Source of the DNA: a virus | Direction: 5' to 3' (one strand) | Virus record (IMG/VR): IMGVR_UViG_3300044511_000090 | Location: 10,145 to 74,144 of that record | Length of the DNA: 64,000 nucleotides | Shown here: positions 1 to 8,724 of the stretch, piece by piece | Layout of the letters: every line of letters begins with the position of its first letter | Numbering within the stretch: position 1 is the stretch's first letter | Program-made: the position numbers and the translations under genes | Notes under the pieces: generated by a model | Seen by the model: the letters and a program-made list of their open reading frames with translations, nothing else | The model's database searches: none | Told to the model about the DNA's origin: nothing

Positions 1-419
1 TGTTCGCTGGCGCGAATCATTCCCATCCATCTGTGAGAAAACAATCGCGCTGGCTGGCGCAAGTTTGTCCATGCCATCTCACAATCGGCCATGTCATTAC
101 TTCTGCCTCCTTCCCTCTTGTCCCATATCAACCAAGAATCCATCGCGGGAAGGCGATTGCTGTAATGATTCCCACCCCAGAGGATTAGAAACTTGAAATC
201 CAGAAGCGGTCTTGGGTCAAACGGGTGGCAATCATCAATAATCCGCTCAAACTTACCGCGAGCAGCTGAACAGTCTCCACCAGAAGGATTGTAACTAATC
301 CCATACGGCGGGTCCGTCACTACCGCGTCCACGCTGCCAGCCGCCAGCGTCGGCAGCACTTCCAGGCAATCGCCGCGATACAGCACATGCTCGCCAATCT
401 GGACACGCTCGAAGCTCAT
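1..419 (-). CDS. DNA amino-methyltransferase (beta class), 3'-partial, runs off the window start
   Basis: Not in the ORF track. Manual translation from ATG 419 (AGGAG RBS upstream) gives MSFERVQIGEHVLYRGDCLEVLPTLAAGSVDAVVTDPPYGI...LILWGGNHY...WLIWDKR...ADCEMAWTN, with the catalytic DPPY motif. The frame stays open to position 1. Confidence 0.9.
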   Translation of the reverse strand, partial: MSFERVQIGEHVLYRGDCLEVLPTLAAGSVDAVVTDPPYGISYNPSGGDCSAARGKFERIIDDCHPFDPRPLLDFKFLILWGGNHYSNRLPAMDSWLIWDKREGGRSNDMADCEMAWTNLRQPARLFSHRWMGMIRASE

Positions 420-505
420 CCCCCGCTCCTGTAGGTGGCCCCGCTGCCGCGCTTTCCCCCGCAGCAGCGCCCGCCGCAAGTCCCAAACGGCGAGTTGGGC
501 CATGT

Positions 506-772
506 TCAGCATTCTCTCCAGACGCCACGTTCCAAAAATCCGTGCCATTTTTCTTCATGCGTCGAAATCAAAATCGACGGCGAAACAGTTATCGTGCGGT
601 CATCATGCTCAGTAATTTTGTGGTGCCGAACGCCGTCACCTAAGTTGCCGAGAAAATCCCCGCGCGGAGCCCTGCAATACCAGAGCCCTTGCCACTGGCC
701 GTAATCGCCCGGCTCGTACAAGTGCGGGGAAACATCGGTTCGACGACCCATCATCGGTTGACTTCCTTTCAC
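506..772 (-). CDS. Small conserved protein, DUF6527-like
   Basis: TITVSPSILI...WHGFLERGVW resembles this family (recalled motif). Confidence 0.5.
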   Translation of the reverse strand: MKGSQPMMGRRTDVSPHLYEPGDYGQWQGLWYCRAPRGDFLGNLGDGVRHHKITEHDDRTITVSPSILISTHEEKWHGFLERGVWREC

Positions 773-1179
773 CTATACACCGCCATCGGAACCAAGTCCC
801 GATGCGACATTGCACCAAGCGGCACTTCCCTGAACCGATCCAGCGGAATCGGGCACGGCATTCGTGCCGCGTAATAGTTCCACGGTCCAATCCAGACACG
901 CAACCGCTCCAGCCACATGACCGTCGCAAATGATCGGCTTGTTTTGCTCACGGTTCCGTATGCGTAATGCGCTTCGTGCAACAAGTTCCATGCCCAGCGC
1001 CGTTCACAAGCATCCATCTCCCATGCGCAGCTACGTCTTGGCTGGCGACTGAGCCATAGCAAGTGCGAGTCGGCGATGAGTCGTTGCTGGTGTGCCACTT
1101 GGCGCGGCGGAAACTGCGCAAGGTCTTCAGGACTGACTGGCAGCAGCAAGAGATGGACAGTGATAGCGATTATGGTCAT
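769..1179 (-). CDS. Hypothetical exported protein, planctomycete-type
   Basis: Hydrophobic N-terminus; DLAQFPP...LERLRVWIGPWNYYAARMPCPIP pattern; coupled to its neighbours. Confidence 0.55.
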   Translation of the reverse strand: MTIIAITVHLLLLPVSPEDLAQFPPRQVAHQQRLIADSHLLWLSRQPRRSCAWEMDACERRWAWNLLHEAHYAYGTVSKTSRSFATVMWLERLRVWIGPWNYYAARMPCPIPLDRFREVPLGAMSHRDLVPMAVYR

Positions 1180-1185
1180 TCCAGT

Positions 1186-1371
1186 TTACCCGGCATCAGA
1201 AGCATCACCCTTGTCGGCCTCGTTGCACTCTTCGCCGCTCCCCATCCAGCCACAGATACGACTGCCTGAGCTAATGGATAGCGGCACGCCGCGTATGTCC
1301 GAATTGCACCAGAAGGCATCGCCCTCTCTGCCGAACACCGAGCCACCACACTTTGGACACTTGAAACCCAT
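1186..1371 (-). CDS. Small zinc-ribbon protein
   Basis: MGFKCPKCGG...WC...CGW; GGAGGG RBS upstream. Confidence 0.55.
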   Translation of the reverse strand: MGFKCPKCGGSVFGREGDAFWCNSDIRGVPLSISSGSRICGWMGSGEECNEADKGDASDAG

Positions 1372-1400
1372 GTCGCCCTCCCTGGAATCAAAAAACAGTG

Positions 1401-1464
1401 TCAGTCTCAATAAGGCGGATATAACCCCGTGTTTTGGGACACTTTTGGCCCTTATTGAGACTGA
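1401..1464. repeat. Perfect 15-bp inverted repeat TCAGTCTCAATAAGG / CCTTATTGAGACTGA
   Basis: Arms at 1401-1415 and 1450-1464, 34-nt spacer, intergenic. Confidence 0.85.
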
Positions 1465-1491
1465 TAGCCGTCAATCTGGGCAAAATGGCCT

Positions 1492-1755
1492 CTATTTCTC
1501 CGTTGGCACTACACTGATCACTTTGCCACCAATTCCGACCGATACAAGCCAATCATGCCCGATTTCTCTAACCCCAGATGCGTAAAGTCTGGCTATTTCG
1601 TCGGTGTATGGCACAACGCCGAAGGTATCGCTAAACTTGTCCTGGTCGTGCCACCAAGCCATACAAACACCATGATCTTCGCTACGAAAGGTGAAAACCT
1701 TCGGGCCGTCAAAATAGCAAAAGACCTCAACAGGATTGACAATGCCATCAAACAT
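1492..1755 (-). CDS. Hypothetical protein
   Basis: GGAG RBS; overlaps the terS stop. Confidence 0.55.
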   Translation of the reverse strand: MFDGIVNPVEVFCYFDGPKVFTFRSEDHGVCMAWWHDQDKFSDTFGVVPYTDEIARLYASGVREIGHDWLVSVGIGGKVISVVPTEK

Positions 1756-2458
1756 GGCCATTGCTCCCGTTCGTGCTCGGCCCAAGCGTAGGACCGTGGT
1801 ACGCACCATTTGACTCAGGCACGACGATCTCGGCTTCAGGCAGGGGCAACGTCACTCTTGCCTTAATCGCCGCTAGGATGGCCAATAGGCTCTCCCGCTG
1901 GTCATCGGCCACAGACAATGCCATTCCGCCGCTGGTAACATCGACCTTTTGCACTGGCCGCTGGTTATCCGGCATGACGGAATACTTGTCTTCCAGTGCC
2001 TCCAAATGCGGGTCTTTCGAGGCCATACGGTACTTGACACGCTTGGCCGTCTTGCCGTCGTCGGCCAGTTCGATGTCTACCGACGATATGGCTCTGAGAG
2101 CCTGCTTGGGTATCTTGTTCGCTGGCCGATGTGACGGAGCGCCATCGCCAGAGAAGTCGAGGATGTCGTCTATGGAGGAGTAAGCGAGAGCCCGTCTTTC
2201 GTCTCTGGCCTTCTTCCACTCTTCGGCCATCTCGCGTTCGACGAGTTGCCGTAACTCCTGTTGTATTTGGGAGATACGGAGTTGGACTTCCGGCCTGTTA
2301 AGTATTTCCCAGGCAAGTCGAGAGCCGTGTGTTTTGTTTTTGGGTTTTTTGTAACCTGCCTCTTCATAAGCAGTTGCGGAGCAGCCTGTGCGCACATAGG
2401 CCAGCGCAAACTTCTCATATCTTTGTGAGCAGGAGTTGATTTTCAAGCTGACGCCCAT
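1748..2458 (-). CDS. terS: Terminase small subunit
   Basis: FALAYVRTGCSATAYEEAGY...RLAWEILNRPEVQLRI HTH, ALAYSSIDD, ASKDPHLEAL and KVDVTSGG tail are typical of TerS. Confidence 0.88.
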   Translation of the reverse strand: MGVSLKINSCSQRYEKFALAYVRTGCSATAYEEAGYKKPKNKTHGSRLAWEILNRPEVQLRISQIQQELRQLVEREMAEEWKKARDERRALAYSSIDDILDFSGDGAPSHRPANKIPKQALRAISSVDIELADDGKTAKRVKYRMASKDPHLEALEDKYSVMPDNQRPVQKVDVTSGGMALSVADDQRESLLAILAAIKARVTLPLPEAEIVVPESNGAYHGPTLGPSTNGSNGHV

Positions 2459-2540
2459 AGGTGTTAATCCGGTGTTGGTTTCGTGGCCTGGGGTTCAGGT
2501 TCATGGTCGATTTTGGCGTTGATTGGGACGTGGTTTGCGA

Positions 2541-2963
2541 TCATGTTGTGATCCTCATTCTTTTGACACATTCTTCCATTTTGTCGAACGTCTTGTGGCC
2601 GACTAGACGGCGCAGGCTTGTGGCGTCTGCCCTTGACCGTGAGTTTGAGTGCCTGAACGCTTCCTCAAGGTCTTTGGAGAACGGGCCGTGGTCAGTGCCT
2701 TCAAGTTTAACCGGGCTCAGGTATTCAAGCAGAACGTCGAACAGGAAAGAAGACAGGTTTGGCCTGTCGCCATCGTGATCCGTGAGGAATAGCTTGGTCC
2801 ACACGCGCCCACGGCAGAGTATCCGAGTGACATACTTGTGCTTGAACCCCTCTGCCCAGCATGGGATTTGGTCGAAGCGTCTGGCCGGTCGATAGGCAAT
2901 GGCCATCCGGCAATTCATTGCAATCTTGTGCAAATTCACCATGCACTCGTTAATCGAACACAT
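2541..2963 (-). CDS. Hypothetical protein
   Basis: ORF in the minus-strand operon; GGAG RBS. Confidence 0.6.
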   Translation of the reverse strand: MCSINECMVNLHKIAMNCRMAIAYRPARRFDQIPCWAEGFKHKYVTRILCRGRVWTKLFLTDHDGDRPNLSSFLFDVLLEYLSPVKLEGTDHGPFSKDLEEAFRHSNSRSRADATSLRRLVGHKTFDKMEECVKRMRITT

Positions 2964-2965
2964 GA

Positions 2966-3196
2966 TTAAACTCCGTTTTTTTCGTCCTCTTCGTCTTCCT
3001 CATCCAAGGACTGAGAAAATTCAGCCACCGCCGATACTAGGTATTGTTTGGGGACAACTTCATCGCCAGTTATCGGGTCAAGAACTGGCTCTACGGCAAG
3101 AACAACATTGCCAACTCCTTCAACAACATTTTCCGAAACCCATTCAGATAGGATGCGAACGATGTCGGCCTCGTATAACACCACCTTCGTTTTCAT
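2966..3196 (-). CDS. Hypothetical acidic protein
   Basis: ORF abutting its neighbours. Confidence 0.6.
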   Translation of the reverse strand: MKTKVVLYEADIVRILSEWVSENVVEGVGNVVLAVEPVLDPITGDEVVPKQYLVSAVAEFSQSLDEEDEEDEKNGV

Positions 3197-3202
3197 GACC
3201 TG

Positions 3203-3400
3203 TCACTTTCTGGAAACATAGACAGATGCTTCGCATTGCGGGCAAATGACAAACTGTACGCCAGGGGAACTGGTGGAATCGCCGTAACTAGAGAAAGTCC
3301 TGACCTCGTTGGGCTCAGCCGTCAGTTCGGCCTCACAATTCTGGCACTTACCGACGTACTTGATTCTTTGGCTGAGTATTTTTCCGAGCTTTACTTGCAC
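3203..3400 (-). CDS. Zinc-ribbon protein, paralogue B
   Basis: GTG start after GGAG; KLGK...YVGKCQNCEAELTAEPNEV...CPQC. Confidence 0.7.
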   Translation of the reverse strand: MQVKLGKILSQRIKYVGKCQNCEAELTAEPNEVRTFSSYGDSTSSPGVQFVICPQCEASVYVSRK

Positions 3401-3608
3401 GTTTCCACTCCATAGGTTCGTAATGAAAAACAACAATAACAACACTACCGCATATTGGACAAAGAACATCTCCTTGTTCCCCGTCTGGGAAACGGCTTAT
3501 GCAGTTGACCTCGTTCGGCTCGGCAATCAGTTCCGCCTCGCATTGCAGGCATTTCCCTGTGTACTGGACGATAGGGTTGGCGACCTTGCCGAGTTTTGCA
3601 ATTCTCAC
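3348..3608 (-). CDS. Zinc-ribbon protein, paralogue A
   Basis: KLGK...YTGKCLQCEAELIAEPNEV...CPIC. Confidence 0.7.
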   Translation of the reverse strand: MRIAKLGKVANPIVQYTGKCLQCEAELIAEPNEVNCISRFPDGEQGDVLCPICGSVVIVVFHYEPMEWKRASKARKNTQPKNQVRR

Positions 3609-3611
3609 TTG

Positions 3612-4235
3612 TCACTCCACAAAAATTCGCCGATTCCCTTGTTTCGGAACAGGCTTGGTATCGGGCTTTTTCTTCTCTGGCTTGAATGAAAGTCCGGCCA
3701 GCTTCAAAATCGCCTGAACGAGAATGCGCAAAATCTCCCTCTTGTCGTCGCCAGCCTGCACAATTTCTTTGTGTGAGATAATGGCTTTGGCAAGATTGTT
3801 GTCAGCGCCGAAAGTGGTTGGCGATCCCAACGTAATGACAACTTGCCCGCTTATCATGTCGTTGTAGAAGTTGATGTCAATGTTCTTGAACTCGTCTGGA
3901 AGAACGGAGTAAATCAGGTTGGCATCGACGCCATAGAAATATTTTTCGGAATCCTTCTTGGCCTCTGATAACTTTGCAAGCTCCTTCTTGGCCGAGGACA
4001 ATTCGTACCTCAGCCTCTCGTGTTCTTCCTTCTCGCGCTTGTAAAATTCGTAAGATTCTTTTTTTCTCATTTCTTCCCAATGCTCCTCAAGCTGCCGCCA
4101 AGAAACATAAACATTGGCATCACCAGATGTTGAACCAATTGGGTAGTAAGTTACATACCCATTCGCACCGGCTGTTGTCGTTGAGGCATAGTGAACGATT
4201 TGTGCGGTTCCATCGGTCGAGTACGTTTTCATCAA
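3612..4235 (-). CDS. Hypothetical protein with coiled coil
   Basis: 207-aa ORF; GGAGG RBS. Confidence 0.7.
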   Translation of the reverse strand: MMKTYSTDGTAQIVHYASTTTAGANGYVTYYPIGSTSGDANVYVSWRQLEEHWEEMRKKESYEFYKREKEEHERLRYELSSAKKELAKLSEAKKDSEKYFYGVDANLIYSVLPDEFKNIDINFYNDMISGQVVITLGSPTTFGADNNLAKAIISHKEIVQAGDDKREILRILVQAILKLAGLSFKPEKKKPDTKPVPKQGNRRIFVE

Positions 4236-4684
4236 ACAACCTCCGCTTCCACTCCGACCGGAAGCACAAAGTAAGGGGCTGGCGGCGTCCGAACAAGCTG
4301 GTCCTTTACGTCCTTGATGACTTGCTCTAGGTCGATGGACTCATGGGCCGAAAGCTGAATGATCTTCCCTCCCTGGATCAAAACGAAGCCTTTCCGCATT
4401 CGCCCGGCATGAGCAGTTTCGGTAATAGGCGCTGCGCGCGACGATTTATCCACTACGTTTTCCAAGGATTTTTCATCCTGCTTTGCATCAGGCTTCGCCG
4501 AATTCGCCGGTTTCTGATCCGCCTTGGCTGGCGTTTTGTCTGGGGCTTTTTCGGTAATAGTCGCTGCGCGCGCCGATTTATCGCCTGTGTTTTCTAGGGA
4601 TTTTTCTTGGGACACTTCGTTTGCCACGCCTTCGCTCCTATCCGGCCAACGCTTGTTTGGCCTCTTGGAAATACTGCTGAACAA
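4232..4684 (-). CDS. Hypothetical protein containing a 58-bp internal direct repeat
   Basis: Repeated peptide EKSLENxxDKSxRAAxITE; start uncertain. Confidence 0.55.
   Translation of the reverse strand: MFSSISKRPNKRWPDRSEGVANEVSQEKSLENTGDKSARAATITEKAPDKTPAKADQKPANSAKPDAKQDEKSLENVVDKSSRAAPITETAHAGRMRKGFVLIQGGKIIQLSAHESIDLEQVIKDVKDQLVRTPPAPYFVLPVGVEAEVV
4417..4606. repeat. Imperfect 58-bp direct repeat (4417-4474, 4549-4606), each copy with a degenerate AATAGGCGC-N5-GCGCCTATT
   Basis: Direct alignment of the two copies. Confidence 0.85.
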
Positions 4685-5390
4685 GTTCTACCGTTGCGCT
4701 GCTGCCAAGGAAACGCTTGATGTCTTCAACCCGCTTGGCTGATCGGCCATGAAGACCTCCAATCCATTCTATAACAAATCGGCCTGGACCGCGCATAGAA
4801 AGGAATCTATCGACCAAAGTTTCTGTGTCTTTCACGCCATCAAACGAGGATAGTGTCTCAATGATAAATGTTCGGGATGTGTCGTTCGCGTAGAAGTGGC
4901 CTTCTTTGATCAATTGCCTGCGTTTCCTGGCAAAAGCACGACGAAAAGCAGTCTTCACTCCGCCATAGGCATAAGAAGTCCATGAAAGCTTTTTGCCAAT
5001 CTTTTGTGGGTTCCAAAACCGGGCAGAATTGATCATCGCATCATGGGCTATCGTGAGCAGTTCTTCTTCTGACAGGACGCTGTTGGCCAGCTTCTTCGCC
5101 AATTTCATGGCAATCGGATATGCTTTGCTAATCAACTCAGACTGTTCTGGCGTCATCTTCTTTGGGTTCGGCTTTTTGGTGAACTCGCTGACCGCGATGA
5201 GATGGACGCCGTTGGCACATGGCCTCTCGACTTTATCCATGAAAATGTTGTAGTCTTGCCGAAGACGCCTGACAGTATCCCTGCCTATTCCAAGCATCTT
5301 GGCGGCTCTGCCATGACCCTTATGCTTGAATTCGTCGCTTCTCAACAACGCGACAAAGGAATCAATCTGTTCCCGTGAAAACGCGGCCAC
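4638..5390 (-). CDS. Sigma70-region-2-like phage transcription factor with an N-terminal Fis-like HTH
   Basis: MTPEQSELI...PIAMKLAKK...EELLTIAHDAMINSARFWNP...SWTSYAY resembles sigma region 2 (A..FDP..G..FSTYA); GRAAKMLGIGRDTVRRL is an HTH. Confidence 0.7.
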   Translation of the reverse strand: MAAFSREQIDSFVALLRSDEFKHKGHGRAAKMLGIGRDTVRRLRQDYNIFMDKVERPCANGVHLIAVSEFTKKPNPKKMTPEQSELISKAYPIAMKLAKKLANSVLSEEELLTIAHDAMINSARFWNPQKIGKKLSWTSYAYGGVKTAFRRAFARKRRQLIKEGHFYANDTSRTFIIETLSSFDGVKDTETLVDRFLSMRGPGRFVIEWIGGLHGRSAKRVEDIKRFLGSSATVELVQQYFQEAKQALAG

Positions 5391-5607
5391 GCATCCCCCA
5401 TGCCTTTATTGTTAGTGATTTGGCCTCTTCAAACGCCTTCCCAATGTCTTTTGAACCAAAGTGCCAGTGCCTCATGGCGGCTGCTCGCATGAATGCGTCT
5501 ATCGAGGATTCCAAGGCTTCTATGTACTTTTCGCTTTCGGCGCGAACATCGTGCAGCTTGTGCCGCAGGGCCACGCACTCCGAACATGGCAATCCAGGCT
5601 CGATCAT
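5362..5607 (-). CDS. Hypothetical protein (CxxC)
   Basis: First ORF after the leftward promoter. Confidence 0.6.
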   Translation of the reverse strand: MIEPGLPCSECVALRHKLHDVRAESEKYIEALESSIDAFMRAAAMRHWHFGSKDIGKAFEEAKSLTIKAWGMRGRVFTGTD

Positions 5608-5613
5608 GCCAAG

Positions 5614-5642
5614 AGTTTACTGTACGCTACCAGTCGTGTCCA
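5614..5642 (-). promoter_or_regulatory. Sigma70-like leftward promoter TGGACA-17-TAAACT
   Basis: Divergent intergenic gap; consensus-like boxes with 17-bp spacing. Confidence 0.5.
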
Positions 5643-5660
5643 GTGGAATTTAATTTGCCC

Positions 5661-5688
5661 TAGACGGCGCGAGCACTGGTGGTATACT
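5661..5688 (+). promoter_or_regulatory. Sigma70-like rightward promoter TAGACG-16-TATACT with extended -10
   Basis: TGG-TATACT upstream of the ORF at 5719. Confidence 0.55.
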
Positions 5689-5718
5689 ATTGAATAACAC
5701 AACTTTCGAGGTGCAATC

Positions 5719-6081
5719 ATGCTTGGTAGTTACACAGAGTCGGCAGTTGACATGCTTGATTTTTTTGAACGGCAGAGGGAGTGGTCCTACGAAACCTTTG
5801 GGCCACCGGAGATTCGAGGTCCAGTCGGGCCGCTGAAACACCTTGAGAAAGAGGCAAAAGAAGCCTACCAAGAACAAGACCTGGAAAAGAGAAAAGAGGA
5901 AATCATAGATTGTTTGTTTTTGTCCTTCGACGCCGCCCACCGTGCCGGAATGGGATACAGTGAAATTTCCAGAATCGCTATGGCCAAGCTGAAAAAGAAC
6001 AAGGGAAGGAAGTGGCCGGACTGGCGCGATGCCAAGCCGGAAGAGGCAGTCGAGCACGACCGAAGCGGAGAAGCAAAATGA
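5719..6081 (+). CDS. dATP/dGTP pyrophosphohydrolase (DUF550, MazG-like)
   Basis: QREWSYETFGP...GPVGPLKHLEKEAKE...EIIDCLFLSFDAAHRAG...KLKKNKGRKWPDW. Confidence 0.85.
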   Translation: MLGSYTESAVDMLDFFERQREWSYETFGPPEIRGPVGPLKHLEKEAKEAYQEQDLEKRKEEIIDCLFLSFDAAHRAGMGYSEISRIAMAKLKKNKGRKWPDWRDAKPEEAVEHDRSGEAK

Positions 6082-6359
6082 AACGAGTCTGGAAAACAAG
6101 GATCGAGCCTAATTCGATCAAAGACGACGTATACAGAATCTCTGTGCCTTCAAAGGCAGGCGCTATTCCTAGATTCATAGCAATCCAGGAAGGCGATATT
6201 TGCATATGGCACGAAATTGATGAAGAAGCCGATGATGGCAGTCTGTCGATTATTTGTGTTGGGACGGGGTTTGGCAGAGTGCCTGATGACTGCCCGTACA
6301 TCGGTTCTGTGATTCATTTGGGGTTCGTGTGGCACTTTTATTGGGAGAAGGCAAAATGA
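6078..6359 (+). CDS. Conserved phage protein, DUF7352-like
   Basis: MKRVWK...IAIQEGDICIW...VGTG...YIGSV...VWHFY. Confidence 0.65.
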   Translation: MKRVWKTRIEPNSIKDDVYRISVPSKAGAIPRFIAIQEGDICIWHEIDEEADDGSLSIICVGTGFGRVPDDCPYIGSVIHLGFVWHFYWEKAK

Positions 6360-6610
6360 CAAATCCAAAGCCATGCCCTCGATGTGGCTACCCCATAAGT
6401 GTCTTTTCATGATACACAAGATGTGATGCGTGCCGTAGGGAATGGAGGCTTAATAATGTTGACACTATAAATGACGTAATAATCACTTGGAATGCGACAT
6501 CAGAACTGCTCAATGAGAAAGACGACCTTGAACGACGCCTCGAAGATGTTGCGGCCAAGATCAGGCTTGAAATTTCCAAGATCAACGCCAATAGGAATCT
6601 GAACACATGA
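6356..6610 (+). pseudogene. Lar-like zinc-ribbon gene interrupted by an in-frame TGA at 6410-6412
   Basis: MTNPKPCPRCGYPISVFS*YTRCDACRREW...ITWN; ATGA overlaps with both neighbours. Confidence 0.7.
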
Positions 6611-8088
6611 TCCTCTCAAAACAAGGCTTCCTTGACTGCATATCCGCCAATCCAGAAGAGGATGCGCCGTCGCTTGTCTACGCAGACTACCTTGAAGAAA
6701 AAGGCGACACTCAGGAATCTGAGGCGTTCAGACTCCTCGTGAGCGACCCGGAGATGTTTGGCATCAAGAACAGAACCAAGATCGATAAGCTGACAGACGT
6801 GGAGACGGCCAGATTCAAAACTTGGGTTGACTACTGGAAGGCAGTTGGATTATCGACGAAGCCGATTGACAGGGCGAAAGCCAAAAAAGCCGTGTGCTTG
6901 GCATACCAAAAAGCTGGCATGAATCCCACGTCCTTGTTCATTTTCCTTGATTCTCCTCTTGGCGGCGCGATTGCGGCGAGATTGTTCAGCCAGCCACTAC
7001 TGATTTCTACAGTTTTGGAGAATGTCGCCACTAAGGTTCGTAATCAGGTTTTTGGCAAGGTTGAGCAGCAGGTTGTGGGTCAGGTTGGGCAGCAGGTTAG
7101 GTATGATGTTATGAATCAGGTTTGGTTTAAGGTTGGTGAGCAGGTTTGTGATCAAGTTTGGGCCAAGGTTAATGCTCAGTCTGGCGATCAGGTTCGTGCC
7201 CATGTCCGTAATCAGGTCGGCGATCAGGCTTGGAATCAAGTTGTTGGACAGGTGCGTGATCAGGCTCGTGGCCGGGTTGGTTATGGGGCTGGGTCTCAGG
7301 CTTGGGATCAAATTTCCGATCAGGTTAGCGATCAGGTCTGGAAGGATGTCGGCGGGCAGGTTTGGAATCAGATTCGTGAGCAGGTGCTAGATCATGTTGG
7401 GCGTCAGGTTGATGATCAGATTTTTAATCAGATTAGCCAGCAGGTTTGGCCACAAGTTTCTCGTCAGGTTTCAAATCAGATTGCAACTAAGGTTGCTAAA
7501 CAGGTTGGGCGTCAGGTGCTAGATCATATTGGGCTTCAGGTTGAGAAGCAGGCTGGTGATTGGGCTTGGGATAAGGTTGTTGATCAGCCTTGCGATCAGG
7601 TCTGGATTAGTGCTCGTGATCAGGTTAGCGATCAAGTATGGAGGCAGGTTGGCTACAAGGTTCTGGATAAGGTCGGCGAGCAGGCTGGCGAGCAGCTTCG
7701 GGATGAGGTTAGGTATGGTGTTTTGAGTCAGGTTGAGAATGAGGTTTGGAATCAGGCTTGGAGTCAAGTTCTGAGCCGTGTTCGGTTTAATGTTGATGAT
7801 CAGGCCGATGATCAGAACTGGACCGGCATTGGCAAATGCGGATATGGTAGCCACGACGCCTCCTGGCTGTCGTTCTACAGCTACTTGTGGAAGCATGGGC
7901 TGGAGTGCTGCAACAAGCTGGAAGGGCTTTTCGAGGTCGCAAGAACGTGCGGCTGGTGGTGGCCATTCGAGAACGCCGTCATCATAACCGACCGGCCAAC
8001 GAAAATCTGCTTCAATGATCGTGGCTATCTGCACGGCTCACCGGCCATCTTGTACAAAGACGGCTTCTGCGTGAACGCAAACAACTGA
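6607..8088 (+). CDS. TIGR02996-domain + QVxx-repeat + truncated DUF6745-type protein
   Basis: FLDCISANPEEDAPSLVYADYLEEKG; STKPIDRAKA...DSP cap; about 260 aa of 4-residue QVxx periodicity; GSHDASWLSFY...CGWWWPFENAVIITDRP...LH. Confidence 0.88.
   Translation: MILSKQGFLDCISANPEEDAPSLVYADYLEEKGDTQESEAFRLLVSDPEMFGIKNRTKIDKLTDVETARFKTWVDYWKAVGLSTKPIDRAKAKKAVCLAYQKAGMNPTSLFIFLDSPLGGAIAARLFSQPLLISTVLENVATKVRNQVFGKVEQQVVGQVGQQVRYDVMNQVWFKVGEQVCDQVWAKVNAQSGDQVRAHVRNQVGDQAWNQVVGQVRDQARGRVGYGAGSQAWDQISDQVSDQVWKDVGGQVWNQIREQVLDHVGRQVDDQIFNQISQQVWPQVSRQVSNQIATKVAKQVGRQVLDHIGLQVEKQAGDWAWDKVVDQPCDQVWISARDQVSDQVWRQVGYKVLDKVGEQAGEQLRDEVRYGVLSQVENEVWNQAWSQVLSRVRFNVDDQADDQNWTGIGKCGYGSHDASWLSFYSYLWKHGLECCNKLEGLFEVARTCGWWWPFENAVIITDRPTKICFNDRGYLHGSPAILYKDGFCVNANN
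7030..7815 (+). repeat. Degenerate 12-nt coding tandem repeat (CAGGTT-N6)
   Basis: For example caggttgggcag caggttaggtat gatgttatgaat caggtttggttt. Confidence 0.9.
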
Positions 8089-8118
8089 AAAAATCTCCTA
8101 GTACCAGTGAGGCAGGCA

Positions 8119-8715
8119 ATGAAAATCGACATCTGCAAGGCGTACCAAATGGTCATGGACGCCGTTCTTCTGTTGAAGAACTCAGGCATCAAAACTGAAA
8201 TCACAGACTCAAGAGGCCGTGCGAATCCGCCACAACAGTACGTCGGTGACGGCTTCCTCAGCGTCGATAAGTGGGTCCATGTATCGTTCACGTTTAACAA
8301 CGAAGCAGAACGTCGGTCTGTGGCAGACTCCAAGCGAATGCTTGGCAAGTGGGGCATCACGTTCGACAGTGGCGGCGCAGGGAACCAGAGAGACTGGGAA
8401 ATAGACTGGTCGCTTCGTATCCAAGAAGACCCAGACAAACAACCACTCCAAGAAACTGTCGAAGAAGTCCTACTAGAACTAGGCGATCAAAAAGAATCGC
8501 CAGACGCAATAATCCCTGTTTTCCCGACGCCAGCCAAAGTGTTTTTCGACGGCCTCCAGTTGTGCATGAAAAACGACCATGACTTGGCCAGATCGTGGCA
8601 CGACAACATAGCCATGTGCGCACAAGACGAAGGAATGCCGCACGAGGCCGCGAATCGCGCGGCCGCAAGATTCATGAAACTCTGCTTCGGCGTTGACACC
8701 GGCAAGAAGTCCTAG
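8119..8715 (+). CDS. Hypothetical protein, probably a two-domain fusion
   Basis: GITFDSGG...RDWEIDWSL and SWHDNIAM...ANRAAARFMKLCFGVDT segments. Confidence 0.7.
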   Translation: MKIDICKAYQMVMDAVLLLKNSGIKTEITDSRGRANPPQQYVGDGFLSVDKWVHVSFTFNNEAERRSVADSKRMLGKWGITFDSGGAGNQRDWEIDWSLRIQEDPDKQPLQETVEEVLLELGDQKESPDAIIPVFPTPAKVFFDGLQLCMKNDHDLARSWHDNIAMCAQDEGMPHEAANRAAARFMKLCFGVDTGKKS

Positions 8716-8724
8716 TCCTCGGCA

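Noticed and set aside
6410-6412. Genome-wide stop-codon reassignment
   Set aside because: TGA, TAG and TAA all end conserved genes at expected positions; only one interrupted gene was found.
7030-7815. CRISPR array or DGR variable region
   Set aside because: The repeats are 12-nt degenerate in-frame coding units with no constant repeat and unique spacer. No reverse transcriptase or adenine-specific TR/VR pair is visible.
6997-8034. Leu/Ile/Asn-rich alternative-frame and antisense ORFs over the repeat
   Set aside because: By-products of a stop-poor periodic sequence.
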